Shown here: positions 27,757-38,150 of the stretch, piece by piece | Numbering within the stretch: the first letter of the stretch is position 1 | Layout of the letters: each line of letters starts with the position of its first letter | DNA from: a virus | Taxonomy: Duplodnaviria > Caudoviricetes | DNA: 64,000 bases | Strand: one strand, 5' to 3' | Virus record (IMG/VR): IMGVR_UViG_3300015607_003363 | Coordinates: 32,001 to 96,000 of that record | Program-made: the position numbers and the translations under genes | The notes under the pieces: generated by a model | Told to the model about the DNA's origin: nothing | Database searches by the model: none | What the model saw: the letters and a program-made list of their open reading frames with translations, nothing else

Positions 27757-28545
27757 ATGCACACACCGCTTTTTCGATCGCTAGCATTCAAGAATAGATC
27801 ATTCTGGTCTGTGTTTGCTATTCGAATGCTTTCTCCTATGAGTCTTCCTGTCGGGTGTCGTGATTTGACATCTGTTATCTATGATTCCTCGAAGCAATTA
27901 TCTCCGGCGTATTTTAATCAGAATGCCGACCAGATCAATTATGATAAAATAGTCCGGTATGCACTAGATGTATCCAAGACTTTACTTGTTGATTTTTTGG
28001 ATGGCGAATCGTTGAGTTACTATGAATACTTTGAGATCAATGAGAGCCTGATTGAATTTTTTGTGAAGATTCATATTGCCAATGCTAATGTATGGGACAA
28101 TGAAGATCCGTGTCGCCAGTATACTGGCACCGGTGATCTGAGTCATATTCCTAAATGCAAACAGGGAATTGATATAGCTAATCAGAGACGAAATGATCTG
28201 GTCGAAAAATGTGATGATGTATTTTGTGCGTCAATTGCCACTTATGGGCTTCCGATAGATCGAAATGCCCGTCTGGCATCTGAAGGCCTTGGATCGCTCT
28301 TAGATCGTATGAGCATAAATTCATTAAAGTTGTATCATACGACACTCTTAACACACGAAAAACAAGGTGATATGAGAGACAAGTTAATAGGGAAAATCGG
28401 TGCGATTATAAATCAAAATATGATGCTTGCCACTCAATGCGATAATATGATCTATGATATGCTACATGGCAACTTGACATATATCAAGTTCAAGCAATAT
28501 AAGCTGTATAATTCGGCAGATACTAATTCACATTATCAGCGATAG
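27757..28545 (+). CDS. DUF4254-like protein
   Basis: HIANANVWDNED...IDIANQRRNDLVE...SEGLGSLLDRMSINSLKLYH...KQYKLYN. Confidence 0.7.
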   Translation: MHTPLFRSLAFKNRSFWSVFAIRMLSPMSLPVGCRDLTSVIYDSSKQLSPAYFNQNADQINYDKIVRYALDVSKTLLVDFLDGESLSYYEYFEINESLIEFFVKIHIANANVWDNEDPCRQYTGTGDLSHIPKCKQGIDIANQRRNDLVEKCDDVFCASIATYGLPIDRNARLASEGLGSLLDRMSINSLKLYHTTLLTHEKQGDMRDKLIGKIGAIINQNMMLATQCDNMIYDMLHGNLTYIKFKQYKLYNSADTNSHYQR

Positions 28546-28547
28546 TA

Positions 28548-29462
28548 TTGTCTCATTTTCTACGGAGACAGAATGTGAAACTGGCATTTATTCAGGTGGC
28601 TTCGTGGGGTGACTGCTGTAATTCGACGATGATGTTCCGCCCGTTGCTGAACAAATACGTTGGTGCTCAGCTGCATGTTTTCACATCTATTCCATATCAG
28701 TCGGCTTTTCTCAATAATCCGCTTATTACGGCTATTCATGCTTCGCCTGCTGCTGGTAAGCATGAAGCATTTAGCTTATACGATACTCTACCTGATCAAG
28801 TTCGTAAAATGGGCATATTTGACAAGATCTATTGCCCGGCTCCGATTTTGATGGGAGGTCGTCGTAATAGCCTTAGACATCCAGAAGTAGGAGAGAATCT
28901 ATGGTGCTCATTCTGGAGAGCCTTGGAGGAAGATGATGTGCCATATGAGATTCCGTTGTTGGCCGAGATCACGCTGACTGTTATGGAGCAGGCCTCAGCT
29001 AAATACTTTCTTAGTCAGATGCAGAAGCCAAAGGCTGGTAAAAAGAGAGTGTTAATGGAATGCTATGCCGAAAGCGGTCAGACATATTGGAATGAGCAGT
29101 GGATGGATCAGGTCGCCAGACTATTATTAGATCAGGGTCATCAGGTTATCTTGAGCAATAAAAGCTCCACTAAGGCTATCAGTGCCTTAGTCAAAGCAGG
29201 GGCGATCTTGGTGACTCTACCACTTCGTGAGTGCATTGAGATCTTTAATCACTCTGATATGTTTATTAGTATTAGTAGTGGATTCTGCAATGCATGTCGG
29301 TCAACTGCGGCTACTAAATCTGATGGTATATGGCTTGAGGCTGTTAATAGCCCGACAGTATCTAGTCGGACTCTGGTGAGAAAGGGTGCGACCGGAGTCA
29401 ACGAATTCTATTATGAAAACGACTTAAAGGGCTTTCTTAGGCTAGTCAGGAAACATGTCTAA
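28548..29462 (+). CDS. GT9 (heptosyltransferase-like) glycosyltransferase
   Basis: QVASWGDCCNST, FLNNPLI, SDMFISISSG. Confidence 0.6.
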   Translation: MSHFLRRQNVKLAFIQVASWGDCCNSTMMFRPLLNKYVGAQLHVFTSIPYQSAFLNNPLITAIHASPAAGKHEAFSLYDTLPDQVRKMGIFDKIYCPAPILMGGRRNSLRHPEVGENLWCSFWRALEEDDVPYEIPLLAEITLTVMEQASAKYFLSQMQKPKAGKKRVLMECYAESGQTYWNEQWMDQVARLLLDQGHQVILSNKSSTKAISALVKAGAILVTLPLRECIEIFNHSDMFISISSGFCNACRSTAATKSDGIWLEAVNSPTVSSRTLVRKGATGVNEFYYENDLKGFLRLVRKHV

Positions 29463-29659
29463 TGAGAACTTATTTCAATCGTGCTGGTCTTATTTGTTTT
29501 TGCTGGGGAGAGCATTGTTCTCCTCGTGGCTCTTACAATTTGCACTTTTTTGTGAAACCTGCTCATTGGGTCTGGGGGAAGCGCATAGACTTGTATGGTG
29601 GGTCTTTAACTTTAACGCATTATGGTTGTGGTCCATTGTTTCTTCTGGTCCATTGTTGA
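29462..29659 (+). CDS. small hypothetical protein
   Basis: TAATG coupling to the upstream gene. Confidence 0.35.
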   Translation: MRTYFNRAGLICFCWGEHCSPRGSYNLHFFVKPAHWVWGKRIDLYGGSLTLTHYGCGPLFLLVHC

Positions 29660-29694
29660 GTGCGAAATATTGGTGATGTATTGACGATGCTCGC

Positions 29695-30843
29695 TTAGCC
29701 TATTATGATCTTCCATCTGCAAGTGACGGTAAAAGCACTGTTTTTGCGGATGATTGGTGATGTGATTCTGTGGGCTACTATTTTATGGCCTTCTCTATAG
29801 ACTCCAATAGTTCCACTGATTGGGACGTTACCTAGACTTGTGGGGATTCTATCCAGTGTCAGATCGTGACCTCCGGTCGATTTGCTAATTACCATGTAGA
29901 AGTCATTTGGTTGTGTGCCAATCCCATCGGCATCATTTGTACCACCGGACGCTACTATTTGAATTTGATCGCCTTCTTTTATAATGGTGGCGTAGCTACT
30001 CATCTCTGATGTTAATGAGATAGTGTCGGTGCCGTTGGCAGTTGCTATCAGCGGTATTTGATTGGTTTGGCCTTGTCTGAATATGACTCTAGGGTCGCAT
30101 TCGCAGGCTCCGGGCAGATCTATTTCTCGTGCTGCTACTAGTGCTACTTCCGATATATCAAAGTAGTCGTTGGTCGAATTGCCAAATCCATTATACTCAT
30201 CTAATCTGAGTGTTGTCTCTATGAACATGATGTTATTGATGGCTCGAACATCATCATTGTTCAGTGGATTACCGGCTGGTTGATAACTTGGTTCGAAGAA
30301 TACTCGTTCGATTCTTTTTAGTGGTCTGTCTGGGTCGGCAATGGGAATAGGGTTGATAAGACCGCCGTTGAAAGCAGCACCGGGGCTAAGTTGATTTGGT
30401 TTGAAGGAGTTGGTTGTGCTGTCGTAGTAATAGAAGCGAGTATCGCTGGTTCCTATCGGCTGGTTATTGTCATCGAATGAAGCACCGAACCATATGTATC
30501 TGGGGACGAATTCGTCGATATCAATGCCGATGTCAACCCAGTCTCCTGCACCTGTGCCGCCGATTGGGTCCCATACTCTGGGAGGTGTGATTCTGTGTGG
30601 TATGACTTCTTTCATACCGATTTTGATTATGTTGTGGTCTTCCAGAACATCTATTACATTGCCTAGCTTGTCTTTGATGATGAAGGATACGCTGCCTTTC
30701 ATCTCTTTGGTGTTATGAATTTCTGGTAGTGTTACATTGCTCATATCTGGCACTCTGGTGTTTCTCAGTATGTTTACGTCATTACTATATATGCTGATGA
30801 AGCTAAAGTAACCGTTTGATGGAGATGGAACGATTATGTACAA
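29695..30843 (-). CDS. putative virion (baseplate/tail-associated) protein; likely start ~30744
   Basis: MKGSVSFII...EDHNII, ISEVAL, AHRIT.PI.KN..F...W.I pattern seen in phage tail/baseplate proteins. Confidence 0.5.
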   Translation of the reverse strand: MYIIVPSPSNGYFSFISIYSNDVNILRNTRVPDMSNVTLPEIHNTKEMKGSVSFIIKDKLGNVIDVLEDHNIIKIGMKEVIPHRITPPRVWDPIGGTGAGDWVDIGIDIDEFVPRYIWFGASFDDNNQPIGTSDTRFYYYDSTTNSFKPNQLSPGAAFNGGLINPIPIADPDRPLKRIERVFFEPSYQPAGNPLNNDDVRAINNIMFIETTLRLDEYNGFGNSTNDYFDISEVALVAAREIDLPGACECDPRVIFRQGQTNQIPLIATANGTDTISLTSEMSSYATIIKEGDQIQIVASGGTNDADGIGTQPNDFYMVISKSTGGHDLTLDRIPTSLGNVPISGTIGVYREGHKIVAHRITSPIIRKNSAFTVTCRWKIIIG

Positions 30844-31072
30844 TATTTCAACAGTTGATGGTGAAGGGATTCAGGTATATCGCCAATATCCTGTAATCGC
30901 AGGATATGTTCAGGTTCCGCCTGTTCTTATAAAGGATAGAAACAGGTTGACACTTAGTCAGGTCTTGGCTGATTATCCTGAGGCTGAAACGATAAAATTG
31001 GGGAATCGATCAAACACTTATGTTCGAATCCCGCTGGCAATAATTGATCCTGATGGGACTCTGAGTCTATAG
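30836..31072 (+). CDS. hypothetical protein
   Basis: 78 aa ORF with GGAG upstream. Confidence 0.45.
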   Translation: MYNISTVDGEGIQVYRQYPVIAGYVQVPPVLIKDRNRLTLSQVLADYPEAETIKLGNRSNTYVRIPLAIIDPDGTLSL

Positions 31073-31101
31073 GCACTGCCACTTGATTGGCTGATAGAGA
31101 T

Positions 31102-31578
31102 TCACGAGCCTGAACTCCCAAATCCATTTAACCCTCTTGTACTAGGAGGTAGTTCATCGACTTCGACACATGGAAAATTATATGTTTTAGAAATTATTAG
31201 TTGTGCTAATCTTTGTCCGTGTTTTATGATAACGGGAAATGAATTTGAATTATGGACTTGAATTAATAATTCTGCGCGGTACTCATCTATTATCCCTTCA
31301 ATTACTCGCAATCTGTATTTTTTCTCAGTGCTGCTTCTATGTACTATTCTACCCCAATAGCCAGCGGGGAACGCTGCGCAAATACCTGTATGCAATATAA
31401 CGCGGTTATCTGGGAAAATAGACAAACCACCTTCGAGTTCCTCTGATTTTGATAAGACTATTGGTAAGTCGATACCAGCGTCGCCGTCGTAGGCGCGTTT
31501 TATCAGGCCCAGTTTTTTAGCCGATCTACCATACTCATCGTCTGTGTATTTGATAAGTATGCTGTTGTTGATATCCAT
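31102..31578 (-). CDS. dut: trimeric dUTPase
   Basis: AGIDL, RSS, GIIDEYR, QRLAQL, RGLNGFGSSG. Confidence 0.93.
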   Translation of the reverse strand: MDINNSILIKYTDDEYGRSAKKLGLIKRAYDGDAGIDLPIVLSKSEELEGGLSIFPDNRVILHTGICAAFPAGYWGRIVHRSSTEKKYRLRVIEGIIDEYRAELLIQVHNSNSFPVIIKHGQRLAQLIISKTYNFPCVEVDELPPSTRGLNGFGSSGS

Positions 31579-31657
31579 AGCATCTCCAGTTGATTAGCAA
31601 CTTAATACTGGTCTAGTATTCCGTGATAAAATATAGTAAGTTTTAACATGGTGAGCT

Positions 31658-32317
31658 ATGCGTTTATCGACTATTCATACTCCTGACCGTTTGATGCTGA
31701 TGATTGAACAGTCTATCGGTACGACGACCTATCATCAGCATCGCAGTCTTCCCGATCCGAACGCTGAAACTTATAAACATGTCGGTCCGACTCAAAAGGA
31801 CAACGGTCGTCAACAGCGTCCGCATAAGACCGTGACTGCTAAGGAATTGCACGATAATGCCCCTAGGACCAGCACTGAATCGCGAGATCAGCAGACTATT
31901 GATGATGAGTTCTTGGCCAAGAAGGATGTCAAGTTATGGTCTGAGTTGGTGAGTCGTGCCAAAGACATAGCCTCATCCATTTCTAGCTCAGGCCAGAATA
32001 AACTACAGAACGCAGCCAATGTTATTCGTTCGATTTTAACCATAGCTTCTCCACCCGGTAAGAGGTGGAAGATGCGTCTAAAGGAAGCTGTGGAGCCTAG
32101 AACTAGTATTTCCGATTTTGTGGGACTATTGACCAAGACCGGCATATCACCATATACAATGGGTGTTGCTCTCCATGCGTTCATAAAGGGCATAATTAAG
32201 AGTTCTGGACTTTCGGTCGGTCAAGTAATTAATTATATGAACAACGCATACGGTGGGAACAAAAATGCACAGCCAAAACAGAACGCAGACATCAAGACGC
32301 AACCAGCAAAAGCTTAA
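31658..32317 (+). CDS. hypothetical protein
   Basis: 219 aa ORF. Confidence 0.55.
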   Translation: MRLSTIHTPDRLMLMIEQSIGTTTYHQHRSLPDPNAETYKHVGPTQKDNGRQQRPHKTVTAKELHDNAPRTSTESRDQQTIDDEFLAKKDVKLWSELVSRAKDIASSISSSGQNKLQNAANVIRSILTIASPPGKRWKMRLKEAVEPRTSISDFVGLLTKTGISPYTMGVALHAFIKGIIKSSGLSVGQVINYMNNAYGGNKNAQPKQNADIKTQPAKA

Positions 32318-32534
32318 ATCGAGATTCACCAAGCTGGGTGATAATCGAATGCCCACCCCTGCAGAGTACATGTCGCAAGTTATTAGAATTCACTGTTCTG
32401 ATATAGTTTCTAATTTGATTGATGACAATGCTGATAAATTGAAACCAGTTGTGACCACACAAAAATTATTTAATGGCAATAGTGATTCTACTAGCTGATT
32501 TGGACGCATCGCCTATCTCTAATCTGGGCTTACG

Positions 32535-33077
32535 ATGGGTGGTGAGAAATCAGAAAAATTAATTGATCTTTTGACTAGGTTTCTCGGTGATAGCCTGATG
32601 GACGGGGCTACATTAAAATCAGACGAGAAATCTACTGTCATTATGATTCCTAGACGCACAGAGAATGCGTCATGGAATATGGCTTTAGGAATGTTTGAAG
32701 AGTCGAGTCTGGTCACTATCGTTAGCACTGCAGTAGAGGTCGTCAGAGATAGATTAAAAGACGCTAGAGACTTAGTGTCATATATCAATGGTTCTTCATT
32801 TATGACTTCTTGGGTTATAGACGAAGATGAATTGACTATCAATGCTAACAGTTATTATGTTGTACCATCAAATAATTTTTCTGGTTTGCCTCTAGTCATA
32901 GACGATCATACCAAGCAAGTTGATCAGTGGTTGCCAGCATTGCATAGATTGAATAGTACTAATCATCATCCTAAACGAATATTTATGGCTAGTTTAAAAC
33001 AGTATTATTCAAGAACCGGTGTTGATTTGAGCATTGAGGACAAGGAGGGGGATGATGAAGACACGCAGACAACTTGA
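32535..33077 (+). CDS. hypothetical protein
   Basis: 180 aa ORF. Confidence 0.55.
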   Translation: MGGEKSEKLIDLLTRFLGDSLMDGATLKSDEKSTVIMIPRRTENASWNMALGMFEESSLVTIVSTAVEVVRDRLKDARDLVSYINGSSFMTSWVIDEDELTINANSYYVVPSNNFSGLPLVIDDHTKQVDQWLPALHRLNSTNHHPKRIFMASLKQYYSRTGVDLSIEDKEGDDEDTQTT

Positions 33078-33822
33078 TATTGTCATTCCTGCCAGAATGA
33101 GTTCGACAAGACTGCCTAATAAGATAATAATGCCTCTGGGCAATATGCCGTTGATTTTGAGAACGTATCAATCTGCCTGTCAGGTTAAGAGCGAGTTGAA
33201 GGAGCATCAAATTGAAGCGAATATTATCGTTGCTGTAGAATCAGACAAAACCAAGGAAGCCATTCTGAAACATGATAGCGATGTCAATGTAGTGATTTGT
33301 CCAGATGCTAACAGTGGCACAGAGCGTGCTATGCAGGCCTGTACATCCAATTTCCTGCTGGTCTGGCAGGCTGATTGGCCTTTGATCAATAGAAGTGATC
33401 TGGTCGATATGATCGTGAATTCGCATGGTGATATCGCTAATATTTGGACTATGGCCATCAGGGTCAGGAACACGACTCCTATAGCTAATAATAAGAACCT
33501 TGTTAAAGTGGTTGTGTCTGATAGTGGTCGAGCGATTTATTTTAGCAGATCGCCTGTGCCATACAATTCTAGTGAGTTATTAATTCATTCTGGAATCTAT
33601 TTGATGCACAATGTTGAAGACATTAAAACATTGGATGTCGTCAAATTGGATCAGTTTGCCAAATTAGAGGATCTGGAGCAGTTAAAATATTTGAGCTGTG
33701 GTATAACTATAAATTGTCGAGTGTATGACCGTGGGATTTACCATGGAGTCGACACAAGGCCTGAATATGAATATTATTCGCAGATTGTCGATAAAATAGA
33801 AGGTATTATTGAGCATGATTAG
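33034..33822 (+). CDS. kdsB: KdsB-like CMP-Kdo / acylneuraminate cytidylyltransferase
   Basis: VIPARMSSTRLPNK, SGTER, VKVV, AIYFSRSPVP, HSGIY, LEQL, GVDT. Confidence 0.82.
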   Translation: MRTRRGMMKTRRQLDIVIPARMSSTRLPNKIIMPLGNMPLILRTYQSACQVKSELKEHQIEANIIVAVESDKTKEAILKHDSDVNVVICPDANSGTERAMQACTSNFLLVWQADWPLINRSDLVDMIVNSHGDIANIWTMAIRVRNTTPIANNKNLVKVVVSDSGRAIYFSRSPVPYNSSELLIHSGIYLMHNVEDIKTLDVVKLDQFAKLEDLEQLKYLSCGITINCRVYDRGIYHGVDTRPEYEYYSQIVDKIEGIIEHD

Positions 33823-34420
33823 CCAGAATAAAACAGAGATTTATTTGTCTAGCCTGGCATTGGCCATAAGAAAGTGCAGATTATGTTCGTATGGCATGGA
33901 AAATGTCAAACCATCCGGGTCAAGGATCGAGTTCGATCCGCATGTGTTCAGCAGTGTAGATTGTGCGCAATATATGATTATCTATCAGAGTCCCGGTGAC
34001 GCTGAAGTAGCAGAATCACAGCCTTTTGTTGGCGAGGCGGGTCTGATATTCGACAGGGAAATAGAATCTCATGGCTTGAGCAGACTCGATTTCTATATAA
34101 CGAGTTTGGTCAAGTGCCATATACGTAATGACAATGTTCCTGATCAGAATTCAATTGCAGCGTGTTCGCCAGTATTGGCTTTGGAGTTGGCGGCTATAAA
34201 ACCAAAGTTGATTATTACACTTGGGCGATTTGTTTTTGACTTTATGTGTTTGGAATCTAACTACGATGAATCGTTAGGTAGGTTACGAATGTCTCGTGAG
34301 CTATTTGGCCAATCTTATAATCTATTTCCAATATGCTGGCCCGACACAGATGAGTCCATGATTTTATTTCAGAAGCATATTGGAATTGTAGCCAAGGCGA
34401 TTAAGTCTGTGAAGAAATAA
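33809..34420 (+). CDS. family-4 uracil-DNA glycosylase-like protein (degenerate motifs)
   Basis: CRLC, QSPG..E...PFVG.AG, VKCH, C..L..E..IKPKLIITLG; the HP motif is replaced by WP. Confidence 0.8.
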   Translation: MSMISQNKTEIYLSSLALAIRKCRLCSYGMENVKPSGSRIEFDPHVFSSVDCAQYMIIYQSPGDAEVAESQPFVGEAGLIFDREIESHGLSRLDFYITSLVKCHIRNDNVPDQNSIAACSPVLALELAAIKPKLIITLGRFVFDFMCLESNYDESLGRLRMSRELFGQSYNLFPICWPDTDESMILFQKHIGIVAKAIKSVKK

Positions 34421-34859
34421 TTTTATAAAATACGATTCCGTCGATGATCTTTTTCTCTATTTTGTCATTTTTGTTTATTGACAGCATAACGGCTCTTATC
34501 CTTGGAATGGCTGATGCTATTTTTAGGCCGGTAGTTGACATTATTTCATCGTCGCTGGCACCGTCTTCGCTCTTCATGAGATCGTATGCTTCTTCTATTT
34601 TAGTTCTTTCCTTTTGTAGTAGTTCTAATTTTTTCTCTACTACCATCTGTTCAGCCATGGCTACTGCTTTGGCTTCCTGTGCTCGTTGTATAATAATATT
34701 CTTATCGGCATGAATTTGTTCATGTAGATATTGTTGGATGTTCTCGTTTAATTCGACTTCGATCACGGTGAATTTAGCCATGGCTGATTTAGAGCGATTA
34801 TTAGGTGGTGTTGATGAGTCCGAACCACTTATGATACTAACTCTCAGCATTCCAAACAC
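34401..34859 (-). CDS. hypothetical protein, possible winged helix
   Basis: Likely start MAKFTVIE (~34779). Confidence 0.45.
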   Translation of the reverse strand: MFGMLRVSIISGSDSSTPPNNRSKSAMAKFTVIEVELNENIQQYLHEQIHADKNIIIQRAQEAKAVAMAEQMVVEKKLELLQKERTKIEEAYDLMKSEDGASDDEIMSTTGLKIASAIPRIRAVMLSINKNDKIEKKIIDGIVFYKIISSQT

Positions 34860-35589
34860 TGATACTGAGATTACTGGTGTCGTTCATAAGGGTGATCTGG
34901 AAAAGCCTATTGAGGAGCTGTTTAATGTCGTGAAGGAAATTCACGATGCGGCTCAGAAACTGAAGAGGTTCGCCAAGGCCAAACCAGCACCTGTTGTTGC
35001 CTCCAGTCGAGTAGTGATGGCTACCGAAGATGACATACCACCAGTGGAAGACGTTCAAAATACCACGCCGATCAAGCAGTTCATTAGTCGGCAACCACAA
35101 AACTTACAAGGAGAAGCCTCTAAAGGCAAGTCTTTTCGACCAAACGCAGTTAGAAACATTGTCGTCAGTAAGGATGGCGCACAAAAACAAGATGGCACAG
35201 TCATTGCTGAAGGAAATATTGCTCAAGATGAATCTTGGTCTGATGTCGGTGACCAATCTGGGTCGGCGTATAAAGATGTCAATGACGATAACGATCTTGC
35301 AGATCAGGAAGATCTGCCTCTACCTCCTCCGCCACCTAGACGAAATCAGAAAGCTTCGAAAATAGACAGCAATAAAAATGTCAGCGTCGATGATATTAGA
35401 AGGCAGATGAAGCCAAAGGCACTCCTGCAAGAAACTGAATCCATGCAAGGTGTTACGTCGGTTCAAATACCACGTAGAATAGTCGATGAATTCGGTCAGA
35501 CCGATATTACTATCCAGAAATTCGATGATAGCAAGTTGCAGGCGAGAATACGCCGCGATCCGAATTTTTCTAGGGGTAATGAAGACTAG
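34738..35589 (+). CDS. hypothetical low-complexity protein
   Basis: 283 aa ORF with a poly-Pro tract. Confidence 0.55.
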   Translation: MFSFNSTSITVNLAMADLERLLGGVDESEPLMILTLSIPNTDTEITGVVHKGDLEKPIEELFNVVKEIHDAAQKLKRFAKAKPAPVVASSRVVMATEDDIPPVEDVQNTTPIKQFISRQPQNLQGEASKGKSFRPNAVRNIVVSKDGAQKQDGTVIAEGNIAQDESWSDVGDQSGSAYKDVNDDNDLADQEDLPLPPPPPRRNQKASKIDSNKNVSVDDIRRQMKPKALLQETESMQGVTSVQIPRRIVDEFGQTDITIQKFDDSKLQARIRRDPNFSRGNED

Positions 35590-36029
35590 TCGGGAATGCC
35601 GGTGCCATCATCATAGATTTCTTTGTATTTCTCTGTGATGATTTTCGAAACCTTTGGCCATAATTCTTTTGGCGGTTTGTATCTAGCCAGATCCTGCATG
35701 ACTCTGTGTATTAGTGACGAGCCGGTGCAGCAGTAATCGTTTTTGTAATCCGGAATGAACGAATCGATCATTCGATCCAGAGAGCCAGTTATTAGATCTA
35801 TATATTGTTGGCCAATATCACTATTGATAAGGCTGTCCTTCACCTCTTGGATAAATAATGTGCGTCTTAATTCATTGCTGCTCAATCTGGAATTGAGCGT
35901 GTCTTTTGCTTTTTTGGCAGCATGCTTCTGTGGCATCCCATGATTCTGGATGAATTGAGACAATGCACTTGTTATGGCGGCTTCATTCATGATTAATACA
36001 CCTTCTCCTGTAGGTAAATTTTTCGACAT
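35586..36029 (-). CDS. hypothetical protein
   Basis: 147 aa ORF. Confidence 0.5.
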   Translation of the reverse strand: MSKNLPTGEGVLIMNEAAITSALSQFIQNHGMPQKHAAKKAKDTLNSRLSSNELRRTLFIQEVKDSLINSDIGQQYIDLITGSLDRMIDSFIPDYKNDYCCTGSSLIHRVMQDLARYKPPKELWPKVSKIITEKYKEIYDDGTGIPD

Positions 36030-36276
36030 TGTTAAGTTGAAGAACTATTCTATGGTTGGTGTTCTTAATGGGACAGTTGAGAACGATAGTGAATGGTACG
36101 TTATTGGTGTTCAGAATAAAATCGCTCTTCTGGTGAATCCAAAAGGATGTATAAAAACACCAGTATCTAATTTGGACGTGTTAGCGTCATTCGATCCCCA
36201 ACAGGTACTACAAGATGTCTTCGAAATCAAAGATCAAAATCCACAAAGACCTTCTGGCAATTCAGAAAAGCGTTAA
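35974..36276 (+). CDS. hypothetical protein
   Basis: ORF preceding recA. Confidence 0.4.
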   Translation: MAASFMINTPSPVGKFFDIVKLKNYSMVGVLNGTVENDSEWYVIGVQNKIALLVNPKGCIKTPVSNLDVLASFDPQQVLQDVFEIKDQNPQRPSGNSEKR

Positions 36277-37438
36277 TAGCAAAATAAAAGGCGGTATTGT
36301 AACCGGTGCTAGTTATGATCCTATCCAGTGCTATTCTACTGGCATTAAGACGCTTGATAAACAATTGGGTGGTGGTCTGCCTAAGGGTAAGATAGTTGAA
36401 ATATTCGGGCCGGAATCTAGCGGCAAGACTACCCTGATGATCGCCTGCATAGCGGCGATTCAAGCTGCTCATAAGGACAATCTGGCTGCGTTTATTGATG
36501 TTGAACATGCTCTGGACATAAATTGGGCCGTCAGGAATGGCGTTGACCAGTCCAGACTGGCTGTTTCGCAGCCCAATAGTGGCGATGAGGCCTTCCAGAT
36601 AGCGGAAGAGCTTATCAAGCATGAAGGTGTCAAAATAGTCGTTGTTGATTCGGTGCCTTCTCTTCAGCCACAGGAAGCTATCGACAAGATTGAGAAAGCC
36701 GGTGAGGACAATACGATGGGTGCTCAGGCTCGTCTGATGTCCAAGGGTCTGCGATCATTGAATAATAAGCTGGCCACTACTAAGACTAATGCATGCATCG
36801 TCTTTGTCAATCAGATCAGGCAGAAGATAGGCATCATGTTTGGCAACAATGAGACTACGCCCGGTGGGTTTGCTCTCAAGTTCTATACTGCTATTCGCAT
36901 GAACATTAAAAAGAAGAGCACAGGCGATCCTAGTAAGCCCAATGCTAATCGACGGGAAGGAGCCATTTTTTCATCTATCAACATTATCAAGAATAAGATC
37001 GCTCCTCCATTCAAGAATTGTGAAATTCACATTCATGCTGGCTCTCCTGTTTATGATGGCGGACCCAAAGTCTTCGGTGTTGATAAGATGACACCGCTCA
37101 TCGAATCGGCGCTGGATTTTGGTATTATTACAATGAGAGGTAGCACATTCTATATGGGTGATCAAAAGATCTCCGCAGGCAAACTGAAATTGTACCAGTT
37201 CCTAAATAGCAATCCTGAAATAGTTGAGAAAATATCTGGGCAGATCGCATCTTGCATTGATGCTATGCGGCTTAGCCAAGATGACACAATGCAAAGTGTC
37301 ATAGATTCGCCTCTTGATGATGAAGACGAGGTCGATTCAAGCGTCACTGATATTAGTGATCTGGTCGAAATCGATAATAAACCCGAAGAGGATGACACGA
37401 CCGATGTAAAAACAGATAGTACCATTGCGGAAGAGTAA
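36215..37438 (+). CDS. recA: RecA/UvsX recombinase
   Basis: GGGLPKGKIVEIFGPESSGKTT, FIDVEHALD, VVVDSV, GAQARLMS, NQIR, ETTPGG. Confidence 0.96.
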   Translation: MSSKSKIKIHKDLLAIQKSVNSKIKGGIVTGASYDPIQCYSTGIKTLDKQLGGGLPKGKIVEIFGPESSGKTTLMIACIAAIQAAHKDNLAAFIDVEHALDINWAVRNGVDQSRLAVSQPNSGDEAFQIAEELIKHEGVKIVVVDSVPSLQPQEAIDKIEKAGEDNTMGAQARLMSKGLRSLNNKLATTKTNACIVFVNQIRQKIGIMFGNNETTPGGFALKFYTAIRMNIKKKSTGDPSKPNANRREGAIFSSINIIKNKIAPPFKNCEIHIHAGSPVYDGGPKVFGVDKMTPLIESALDFGIITMRGSTFYMGDQKISAGKLKLYQFLNSNPEIVEKISGQIASCIDAMRLSQDDTMQSVIDSPLDDEDEVDSSVTDISDLVEIDNKPEEDDTTDVKTDSTIAEE

Positions 37439-37488
37439 TAGTAAGATCAGAAACACCAAAGAACTCGTAGAAAAACGGAGGGTATAGC

Positions 37489-37815
37489 ATGGAAATCACG
37501 ATTAAGCTTTGGCATCTTGCAATCGGAATTATTGCTTTGATAGTGGTTTTTCTTTTTGTTAAGTTTAGAAAGAAAGTAACAGTCATCCTGCTATATCTAA
37601 TCATATTGTTAATTCTTATGTCGCCATTGATCTTGATAACGTTAATGGTTATTACAGAACGACATCATGAAGATCTTGGATTAAGCCAAGAAGAATTGAG
37701 ATATATAACGTTCTATGAAAAATTAACTTGTCAAACTGTTCCATATAAAACAATTTTGGAACGAAAAACTGCTGAGCAAAATAAAATAGAGCAGTACAAA
37801 AAAGGGAGTCAGTGA
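37489..37815 (+). CDS. membrane protein (two transmembrane segments)
   Basis: Two hydrophobic segments; GGAGG RBS. Confidence 0.55.
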   Translation: MEITIKLWHLAIGIIALIVVFLFVKFRKKVTVILLYLIILLILMSPLILITLMVITERHHEDLGLSQEELRYITFYEKLTCQTVPYKTILERKTAEQNKIEQYKKGSQ

Positions 37816-38150
37816 TGAGTCTTCCGGCGATGAAATTTGATGTGCCCGGTCAGGCGTATGTTAAACAATCTGCTATGCGTGGGCAGATTACTCCGGTGCA
37901 CCTTTATAGTGCGTCGTATGCGACTGAATGGGTCTATAGCATAGGGACGATGAAGCCGACTGTAGACCCAGCTCATTATGGTGAACGTAGAGGTTTCACC
38001 ATGCAGAGTGTTAGAGTCTTTGCTGAATCAGAATTGTTGTCGTATTGCGATGCTCTGACGATAGCGATAGAATACCACCAGACGCAATTGGCGACTTTGG
38101 AGAGATTCAAAGCGTCGGCGGGATGTGACAATGAGTCAACAGCAGGTTAA
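37812..38150 (+). CDS. hypothetical protein
   Basis: Operonic ORF. Confidence 0.5.
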   Translation: MMSLPAMKFDVPGQAYVKQSAMRGQITPVHLYSASYATEWVYSIGTMKPTVDPAHYGERRGFTMQSVRVFAESELLSYCDALTIAIEYHQTQLATLERFKASAGCDNESTAG

